Positions 55,376 to 64,000 of a DNA stretch of 64,000 nt are shown here, piece by piece (position 1 is the stretch's first letter; the number at the start of each line of letters is the position of its first letter). The notes beneath the pieces are model-generated. The model worked only from the letters and a program-made list of their open reading frames with translations, made no database searches and was not told where the DNA came from. This DNA is from Spirochaetales bacterium. GTDB taxonomy: Bacteria; Bacillota; Clostridia; Christensenellales; UBA1242. The translations under genes were made by a program, and so were the position numbers. The DNA is taken from contig JBFXFT010000005.1 in assembly GCA_050178795.1 (NCBI GenBank), positions 2,612-66,611 of the forward strand, in the 5' to 3' direction.

Positions 55376-55395
55376 GACGTTAGAGGTATTTTGTT

Positions 55396-55710
55396 TTGAG
55401 TAGAGACCACGAAATTGATTACAAAAAATTGTGCACCCACATAAAAGATGACGAGTGTAAAAAACAAAAAATAAGCGTTATTGATAAATTTATGGCAGAA
55501 GAAGACGCAGAAAGGAAGGCAAACGAACATCTTTTGACCGAATCTCAGCACGAACAGATAGCGCGTAGAGATTTTATTAAAAATTTATCGCCAGAAGAAA
55601 AAAAGAAAAGGGCGCGCGCAATAATGGATGGGGCACTAAAAAACACTACCCAAAAAGTGGAAGAAAATGATGCAACAACAAGCGACAAAACCGATACTAA
55701 TGAGTTATAA
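55396..55710 (+). CDS. Hypothetical charged protein (104 aa, TTG start)
   Basis: ORF with AGAGGT RBS 9 nt upstream; terminator AAGGGGAC..GCCCCTT at about 55712-55740. Confidence 0.4.
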   Translation: MSRDHEIDYKKLCTHIKDDECKKQKISVIDKFMAEEDAERKANEHLLTESQHEQIARRDFIKNLSPEEKKKRARAIMDGALKNTTQKVEENDATTSDKTDTNEL

Positions 55711-55978
55711 AAAAGGGGACTAAAAATAGCCCCTTTTTGTTGAATTTCTGTAATATTTTAAAATTTTAGTTTTTGATAAGATACATACCAATATTTAATA
55801 TTTGGCTTTTATTTTTGCCGCTCTGGCAAAACAGCAAAAAATTACCACAATACTGTATAAAAATTAAAAAGCGCCTCTAATGGCAAAATAAAGGCTTAAA
55901 AGTTGATTTATTTCGTTTAAAGGCTTTCAAATTTTAAAAAAATGTGTTATAATTTTTATATAAATAAAAAACCAATAA

Positions 55979-57955
<1,977 letters not shown>

Positions 57956-57963
57956 GAGAAAAA

Positions 57964-60501
57964 ATGAAGAAGAAAGATTATAGTGAGGAACACGGCAAAA
58001 TTGTAGATAATACAAAAATTATAAGGCAAGAAGTAAAGGAAGAAATGAGCAAATCATTTATTGCCTATGCAATGGCTGTAAATGTTTCGCGTGCTATTCC
58101 AGATGTTAGAGACGGACTAAAACCAGTTCACAGACGTATTTTATATACAATGGGTGAAATGGGCGTTTTTAATGACAAACCATACCGAAAATGCGCTCGT
58201 ATAGTCGGCGACGTTATGGGTAAATATCACCCACACGGAGACGCTGCAATCTACGACGCACTTGTAAGGCTAGCACAAGACTTCTCAATAAACACTCCAC
58301 TAGTTGACGGACATGGTAACTTTGGTAGCGTGGACGGAGACAGCGCCGCAGCAAGTCGTTATACCGAGGCAAGGCTTTCTAAAATAAGTGGCGAACTTTT
58401 AAAAGATATAAACAAAAATACTGTTGACTTTTACCCAAACTATGACGAGACAGAAATGCAACCAAGGGTGCTACCAGCAAACTTTCCAAATTTACTCGTA
58501 AACGGCTCAGACGGTATTGCGGTTGGTATGGCAACAAACATTCCACCACACAACCTAAGAGAGGTTTGTAACGGCGTAATAGCCTTAATAGATAACCCAG
58601 AAATTGACATTGATGAATTAATTGAAATAATACCAGCGCCAGACTATCCAACAAGGGCACTTATTATGGGCACAAGCGCAGTAACCCACGCCTACAAAAC
58701 AGGCAAGGGCGGAATAGTACTTAGGGCAAGGGCAGAAATTGAAGATTTTCACGAGGGCACAAGGCAAAGAATAATAGTTACAGAACTACCTTATCAAGTA
58801 AACAAAGCAAAACTTATTATGGATATAGCCGACCTAGTAAAAGACAAAAAAGTTGACGGAATAAGCGACATAAAAGACGAGTCAGACAGGGAAGGTCTAA
58901 GAGTAGTTATTGACATTAAAAAGGACTTTAACGCACAAGTTGTTTTAAATTATTTATACAAACACACTCAACTTCAAGTATCAAACGGAATAATTTTCTT
59001 GGCACTTGTAGAGGACCAACCACGCATTTTAAATTTAAAGGAAATGCTACACTACTATTTGGTTCACCAAAAAGAAGTTATAACAAGAAGGACTCAATTT
59101 GACCTAGAAAAAGCGTCAGAGAGAGAGCATATTGTAGAGGGCTTAGTGGTTGCGCTAAACGATGTTGACGAAGTAATAAAAACAATTAAACAAAGTCCAG
59201 ACAAACAAACAGCAATAGACAATTTAATTAGTAAATTCAATTTTACAGAAGCCCAAGCAAACGCAATTCTAGATATGAAGTTGCAACGCTTAACAGGACT
59301 AGAAATTGAAAAATTAAAAGAAGAACTTTCATCTTTACAAGCACAAATAATTGACTATAAAGATATTTTGGCTCACGAACAAAGAATATTTGACATAATA
59401 AAAGCGCAATTAAGAGAAATTGAAGAAGTTTATGGCGTAGAAAGAAAAACTGAGATAAGCATAGACTATTCCGACATCAATTTAGCCGACCTTATTGAAA
59501 AACACGATGTAGTTATAAGCCTAACTCATACAGGTTATGTAAAACGTCAACCAGTTAGCGAATACAGGGCACAAAGGCGTGGCGGGAGAGGTATTACGGC
59601 GCATAAATCTAAGGAAGAAGACTATGTGGAAATTATGTTTGTAACTCATTCGCACGATGACTTACTATTCTTTACCGACAGCGGTAGGGTTTATAGGATT
59701 AAGGCTTACGAAGTTCCAGAGGCTTCAAGACAAGCAAAGGGCAGAGCAATAGTAAACTTGTTACAACTTGCTGAAAATGAGAAAGTAACAGCAATAATAC
59801 CTCAAAAAGAAGACGCAAAGGGTAGCCTAATTATGGCAACCAAAGAGGGTCTAATTAAAAAGACTGACCTAAAGCAATTTGAAAGCATAAGACAAGTTGG
59901 TAAGATAGCAATTAAACTTGTAGAAAACGACCAACTAATAAGCGTACAAGTGGCAGACGGCGAAGATCAAGTGCTAGTTGCAAGCAATGAGGGAAAGTGT
60001 ATAAGATTCCAAGAGACCGATGTTAGACCAATGGGTCGTGACACACAAGGCGTTAAATGTATCAATTTAACCGATGGCGACTATGTAGTAGATATGATTG
60101 TTATTAAACCGCATTCCACACTTCTTACAATAAGCGAGCAAGGTTACGGTAAGCGTAGCAAGAGCGAAGACTACCGCTTGCAAACAAGAGCGGGCAAAGG
60201 TATTAAAGCGGGCGTATTTAACGAACAAACAGGGCGCTTAGTAAACTTGAAACAAGTTACAGAAAGCGATGACGTTATGTTAATAAGCGAACAAGGCATA
60301 ATAATAAGAATACCTGCAGAGACAATAAGCCTAATAGGAAGAGACACAAAGGGTGTTAAGGTTATGAAACTTGACGAAGGCGACCGAATAGTAAGTGTTG
60401 CAGTTACTGCAAGTGACGAAAGCGAAGTCTTTGAAGAAGAGGAATCGGTAAACCAAACTATAAATATGTCTAAGGACCTATTTGAAGAAGATGAAGAGTA
60501 A
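57964..60501 (+). CDS. gyrA: DNA gyrase subunit A
   Basis: DGLKPVHRRIL, HPHGDAAIYDALV (QRDR), AAASRYTEARL (catalytic Tyr), C-terminal beta-pinwheel repeats, acidic tail. Confidence 0.97.
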   Translation: MKKKDYSEEHGKIVDNTKIIRQEVKEEMSKSFIAYAMAVNVSRAIPDVRDGLKPVHRRILYTMGEMGVFNDKPYRKCARIVGDVMGKYHPHGDAAIYDALVRLAQDFSINTPLVDGHGNFGSVDGDSAAASRYTEARLSKISGELLKDINKNTVDFYPNYDETEMQPRVLPANFPNLLVNGSDGIAVGMATNIPPHNLREVCNGVIALIDNPEIDIDELIEIIPAPDYPTRALIMGTSAVTHAYKTGKGGIVLRARAEIEDFHEGTRQRIIVTELPYQVNKAKLIMDIADLVKDKKVDGISDIKDESDREGLRVVIDIKKDFNAQVVLNYLYKHTQLQVSNGIIFLALVEDQPRILNLKEMLHYYLVHQKEVITRRTQFDLEKASEREHIVEGLVVALNDVDEVIKTIKQSPDKQTAIDNLISKFNFTEAQANAILDMKLQRLTGLEIEKLKEELSSLQAQIIDYKDILAHEQRIFDIIKAQLREIEEVYGVERKTEISIDYSDINLADLIEKHDVVISLTHTGYVKRQPVSEYRAQRRGGRGITAHKSKEEDYVEIMFVTHSHDDLLFFTDSGRVYRIKAYEVPEASRQAKGRAIVNLLQLAENEKVTAIIPQKEDAKGSLIMATKEGLIKKTDLKQFESIRQVGKIAIKLVENDQLISVQVADGEDQVLVASNEGKCIRFQETDVRPMGRDTQGVKCINLTDGDYVVDMIVIKPHSTLLTISEQGYGKRSKSEDYRLQTRAGKGIKAGVFNEQTGRLVNLKQVTESDDVMLISEQGIIIRIPAETISLIGRDTKGVKVMKLDEGDRIVSVAVTASDESEVFEEEESVNQTINMSKDLFEEDEE

Positions 60502-60519
60502 AACACTTAAAAAACATTA

Positions 60520-60546
60520 AAAAACAGAGGTAATCCTCTGTTTTTT
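60520..60546. terminator. Bidirectional terminator between gyrA and the HipA-like gene
   Basis: aaaa ACAGAGG taat CCTCTGT ttttt. Confidence 0.8.
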
Positions 60547-60557
60547 GTTATTTTATG

Positions 60558-61505
60558 TTAATTAATCTCTAAGTCTTTTTGTCCTTCTTTTGTTTTTATT
60601 GTATCTACGAAACTTTCTTTTATAAATTTGCGCCTTTCTGTAAATACTAGTCTAATCCATTCCTTATATTCTTCTGGAAGGGTCATTTTTTGTTCTGTTT
60701 CAAAGGTCTCAAAACCTTTTTCAAGGTCAATTTTTAAAAGGCTGTCCATAGTTTTTTTAAATAAATTTGGGAATGTTTTTCTAACAGCTTTTAAATTGTT
60801 AGACAAACTATCTGCAGAACTTGAGTGCTCGTTTAGTACCATATAACTGTTAGTATTTATTATTTTATTTTTTATTTTTGCTTGTAAATTGTCGCCCTTT
60901 AAAAACTCTTTAATTTTTGAACTGCTACAGTATGCAAAAAAACTCTTTTCGTGGTCGCAAACTGGAGCAAGTTTAAATATTTTTTTCTTATCACTCAAAA
61001 CCATTAAATTTTTGTCGCACCTGTCTGTATTTACTATCATTACATCAAAAAGCAAAATTTCAACTTGTCTTTTAAGCATTGTATTGGCTTCGTTTTTATC
61101 TATTTCCTGAGCCTTAATTTTATCTTGCAATATTTTATAAAAACCTATTATAGATGTTGAACCCTCATTATTTTTTAATTGTTGTGGTAAATGACTGTTT
61201 AAGAACTCATTATATGATAGTGTTTGTAGATTATCCATTGATACGCTGTAAGATATTACACCTTTCTCGCCATTACATGTTGCCATATCATATTTGGCAC
61301 AAGGAAAACCTATTTGCCTAGCCAAAATACTAACCAAAACCTCTGTCAACATTGAAAAACTATCAATTATGTCTTTTTTCCAAAAAATGTCAGTATCTTC
61401 AAGTGAAATTTTGTTATTTAAACCACCTTCAAGTTGATTGCTAAATTGTGTTATATCAATACAACCCTCTGCGTTTCTTAAGTTTTCTAAATCCTTTGCG
61501 CGCAT
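60558..61505 (-). CDS. HipA-C-terminal-like serine/threonine kinase (HipT-like)
   Basis: VMIVNTDRCDKNLMVL ... FKLAPVCDHEKSFF parallels the HipA catalytic loop N.D.H.KN and Mg-binding aP.YD motifs; size 315 aa; lacks the HipA N-terminal subdomain. Confidence 0.5.
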   Translation of the reverse strand: MRAKDLENLRNAEGCIDITQFSNQLEGGLNNKISLEDTDIFWKKDIIDSFSMLTEVLVSILARQIGFPCAKYDMATCNGEKGVISYSVSMDNLQTLSYNEFLNSHLPQQLKNNEGSTSIIGFYKILQDKIKAQEIDKNEANTMLKRQVEILLFDVMIVNTDRCDKNLMVLSDKKKIFKLAPVCDHEKSFFAYCSSSKIKEFLKGDNLQAKIKNKIINTNSYMVLNEHSSSADSLSNNLKAVRKTFPNLFKKTMDSLLKIDLEKGFETFETEQKMTLPEEYKEWIRLVFTERRKFIKESFVDTIKTKEGQKDLEIN

Positions 61506-61594
61506 AAAAATTTCCTTTATTTTTTTACTATATTAATAATAGCATCTAACCAAAAATTAGTCAATAGTAATAAAAAAACGGCAGTTTTTGCCGT

Positions 61595-61924
61595 TTAATT
61601 TTTTGTTTCTATCCAAAATCCGTCTTGGTTTAATTTAAATTTTCCAATTTTTAAAAGTTTTTCAAAATCGCTATCGCTTTTTAAAACGCCAAGTTGCACC
61701 ATAAGGTTTTGTTTTTCCGCGCTTTCTGGCAAAAATTTTTTAAACGCTAAAAACAGTTCAGTGCTTCGCACCTCTTTTTTATCTGTGTTGAATAGTACCA
61801 AATTGCTACCGTTTTTTAACATCATTTTTTTGCTTTCTTCGTTTATTTTAAAAACATATTCCATACCGTCAACTGTTAGTTCACCCAAATTGAATTTGTT
61901 AAAATTTAGTTTTACACTTTGCAT
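61595..61924 (-). CDS. HipA-N-terminal-subdomain-like small protein (HipS-like)
   Basis: 109 aa; NLGELTVDGMEYVFKI plus FLAFKKFLPES..KQNLMVQLGV....DFEKLLKIGKF fit the HipA_N pattern (vG.L...f.Y ... ff.nLLPEg..r..la..lg....d.f.lL..iG). Confidence 0.45.
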   Translation of the reverse strand: MQSVKLNFNKFNLGELTVDGMEYVFKINEESKKMMLKNGSNLVLFNTDKKEVRSTELFLAFKKFLPESAEKQNLMVQLGVLKSDSDFEKLLKIGKFKLNQDGFWIETKN

Positions 61925-61951
61925 AATAAACTTCCTCTACTAAAAAATATT

Positions 61952-63046
61952 TTAAACATTAAACTTAAACAAAATTACATCGCCGTCTTTTACTACGTAA
62001 TTTTTGCCTTCCATACGCACTTTGCCAAGTTCTTTTGCCTTTAAATAGTTGCCTAAGGTAATAAGTTCATCGTAACTCACCACTTCTGCTTTAATAAAAC
62101 CCCTTTCAAAATCGGTATGAATTTTACCTGCTGCTTGTGGTGCCAAGTCGCCATTTTTTATCGTCCACGCACGCACTTCTTGTTCGCCTGCAGTCAAAAA
62201 ACTTATAAGCCCAAGTAGTTTATAACCAGCCGTAATAAGTTTTTCAAGTCCGCTGTTGTTTATGCCTAGTTCCTCTTTAAAAAGTTTAGCGTCTTCCTTG
62301 TCTAATTGCGCTAGTTCTTCCTCAATTTTTGCGCTTAAAACAATTACCTCCGCACCTTCTTTTAGAGCGTATTCCTCAACTATTTTTACATATTTATTGT
62401 TTGAATAGTCTGAAATTTCATCTTCTGCAATGTTGCAAGCGTATATTACTGGTTTACTCGTTATTAAGAAAAAGCCCTTTACAATTTTTTGTTCTTCCTC
62501 ATCAAAGTTTAACGCTCTAACAGGTTTAGAGTTTTCTAATTGTTCCTTAATTTGAAGCAGCAAGTCTCTTTCGACAATGGCTTGTTTGTCGCCAGCCTTT
62601 ACTTGTTTTTCAACCCTTGAAAACCTTTTTTCTACAGATTCTAAGTCTGCTAAAATCAGTTCCAAGTTTATGGTTTCAATGTCTTCTAGTGGGTCAATTA
62701 CATTTGATACGTGAATAATGTTTGTGTTTTCAAAACAACGAACGACATGCACTATTGCGTCAACTTCTCTAATGTGGCTCAAAAATTTATTGCCAAGACC
62801 CTCGCCTTTGCTTGCGCCCTTTACTAGTCCTGCTATATCTACAAAATCAATAACTGCTGGAGTTTTTTTCCTGCTAGTATATAATTTTTCAAGTTCGTCT
62901 AACCTTGCGTCAGGGACAGCAACGCTGCCTATATTTGGCTCAATAGTACAAAACGGATAGTTGGCGCATTCTGCACCAGCCTTAGTTATTGCATTAAATA
63001 GTGTGCTCTTGCCTACGTTTGGTAGCCCTACAATTCCTAATTTCAT
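61952..63046 (-). CDS. ychF: Redox-regulated ribosome-binding ATPase YchF
   Basis: GIVGLPNVGKSTLFNA, DIAGLVKGAS, C-terminal TGS domain. Confidence 0.95.
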   Translation of the reverse strand: MKLGIVGLPNVGKSTLFNAITKAGAECANYPFCTIEPNIGSVAVPDARLDELEKLYTSRKKTPAVIDFVDIAGLVKGASKGEGLGNKFLSHIREVDAIVHVVRCFENTNIIHVSNVIDPLEDIETINLELILADLESVEKRFSRVEKQVKAGDKQAIVERDLLLQIKEQLENSKPVRALNFDEEEQKIVKGFFLITSKPVIYACNIAEDEISDYSNNKYVKIVEEYALKEGAEVIVLSAKIEEELAQLDKEDAKLFKEELGINNSGLEKLITAGYKLLGLISFLTAGEQEVRAWTIKNGDLAPQAAGKIHTDFERGFIKAEVVSYDELITLGNYLKAKELGKVRMEGKNYVVKDGDVILFKFNV

Positions 63047-63078
63047 TTTTATAAAGATCCTTTTAATTTAGTAAGTTA

Positions 63079-63117
63079 AGTATATATTAATTTTTTAAAA
63101 CTTGCAACTCGTTGCAA
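63079..63117 (-). promoter_or_regulatory. ychF promoter (TTGCAA - 17 nt - TATACT), with palindrome TTGCAACTCGTTGCAA over the -35
   Basis: Minus strand reads TTGCAA gttttaaaaaattaata TATACT; palindrome at 63102-63117. Confidence 0.45.
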
Positions 63118-63265
63118 ACCAATAAACCCTTCATAGCCCATATTTTTCATAGGTAGGAATAAAAAATGTTATTTTTAAAATTTTTTTTGTATTATTGCTT
63201 TAATTTTTTAAATAAAAGTGTAATAATATATAATATAAACGATATATTTTTAAAAGGAGATAAGT

Positions 63266-63703
63266 ATGGATTTAGGATTTAATGAAATTATGCTTATAAT
63301 TTTAGGAGTTTGTGCTTTGTTTTATCTACTTATGTGGATTAGACTTAGGGTACACAAGAAAAACGAAAAGATTAAAAAGACAGGAATAAAAGAAGAGGGT
63401 GGAGTTCGCTATACTGTAGAGGAAGCGCCTGTCGTAAAAATAGATGCAGAGACAAAAGAGGAAGAGCCAAATATGACTTTAAACAGGGAAGACGTAGTTT
63501 TAAAGCGCGGCTTTAAGTATGTTGTTGGAGCAAAAAATAAAGTAATACCGGGCAAATATACTGTACTTTCAACCGAGGAGAGTATTCCAGAATTCAATAT
63601 TAGGCGCAATGGATATGTTAGAAGTTATGAACATAACAGCAGCCTTGTTTTGGTTGAGGGAGACGAGTTAACCCCAATAAATATTCCAGTAATTTTAAGA
63701 TAA
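63266..63703 (+). CDS. Hypothetical membrane-anchored protein (145 aa)
   Basis: AAGGAGA RBS, one N-terminal TM helix; terminator AATGGG..CCCATT TTTT at about 63722-63748. Confidence 0.5.
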   Translation: MDLGFNEIMLIILGVCALFYLLMWIRLRVHKKNEKIKKTGIKEEGGVRYTVEEAPVVKIDAETKEEEPNMTLNREDVVLKRGFKYVVGAKNKVIPGKYTVLSTEESIPEFNIRRNGYVRSYEHNSSLVLVEGDELTPINIPVILR

Positions 63704-63829
63704 TTTTAAAAAGCATAAAAAAATGGGTTTTAATAGCCCATTTTTTATTGGCTAAAAAGTCAGCAAACACCATATAGACCATACAAAAAACAACCCAAAG
63801 AGGGTTGTTTTCAAAAAGGAGCGAGGGAG

Positions 63830-64000
63830 TTAAGCGGTTTGTAATTGACTTACAAATTGTGCTTGAGCGTTTAAATGTGGTATTTGTTTCCACAAAGTTT
63901 CAAACACATTTGAATTATTAACCACTGTTGAAGGCACCAAATTGTCTTTTAAATTATATGTAAAAAATGAGTTTGTTACATTGCTATATATTCCTAAAAC
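63830..64000 (-). CDS. 3' end of an unidentified minus-strand gene that continues beyond the window end
   Basis: Hand translation is open for all 57 codons to the window edge (..VLGIYSNVTNSFFTYNLKDNLVPSTVVNNSNVFETLWKQIPHLNAQAQFVSQLQTA, then a stop); followed by minus-strand terminator AACAACCC..GGGTTGTT TTTTTT (63786-63812). Confidence 0.4.
   Translation of the reverse strand, partial: VLGIYSNVTNSFFTYNLKDNLVPSTVVNNSNVFETLWKQIPHLNAQAQFVSQLQTA

Noticed and set aside
63618-63893. 91-aa minus-strand ORF
   Set aside because: It spans two terminator hairpins and the intergenic gap between convergent genes. The real minus-strand coding frame ends at 63830 in a different frame.

Overview
64-kb AT-rich chromosomal window from a low-GC monoderm bacterium (Bacillota/Mycoplasmatota-like; standard genetic code; many lipobox lipoproteins) that includes the replication-origin neighbourhood. 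All protein calls rest on motif recognition by eye in the supplied translations or my own hand translations; no searches were run. (i) 1-10183 is the right part of an integrase-bearing genomic island. It carries a DarT-like ADP-ribosyltransferase fused to a GreA-C-like domain, int plus an xis-like gene plus a catalytically degenerate int paralogue, an 854-aa Ig-like/FG-GAP lipoprotein, Fic, a sigma-region-4-like HTH protein and a GIY-YIG protein. It ends in a displaced tRNA-Arg(ACG) 3' half. (ii) 10.2-38.5 kb mixes housekeeping and accessory genes: a phosphodiester-glycosidase-like gene behind an attenuator-like leader, HelD, a repeat lipoprotein, enolase, a GGDEF cyclase, a heliorhodopsin, FtsH and CvpA. 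It continues with two tandem paralogues, a Udk-like kinase, dUTPase next to a protein resembling the phage thymidine-hypermodification family, alkaline phosphatase, a MacB-type ABC plus GLUG-like lipoprotein operon, tRNA-Ser(GCU) and a PHP-domain protein. (iii) 38.5-39.6 kb is a ~1-kb ORF-free region with phased A-tracts, an inverted DnaA-box pair and three perfect parS sites. (iv) 39.6-60.5 kb holds parB-parA-rsmG-mnmG-mnmE-(S41-like)-jag-yidC-yidD-rnpA-rpmH. This is followed by an inverted dnaA-dnaN block with a DnaA-box/AT-rich oriC candidate between the two genes, then recF-orf319-mazG-like-orf104-gyrB-gyrA. (v) 60.5-64 kb holds a split HipA-like (HipS/HipT-like) pair, ychF and small genes. 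No rRNA, CRISPR array or transposase was seen.
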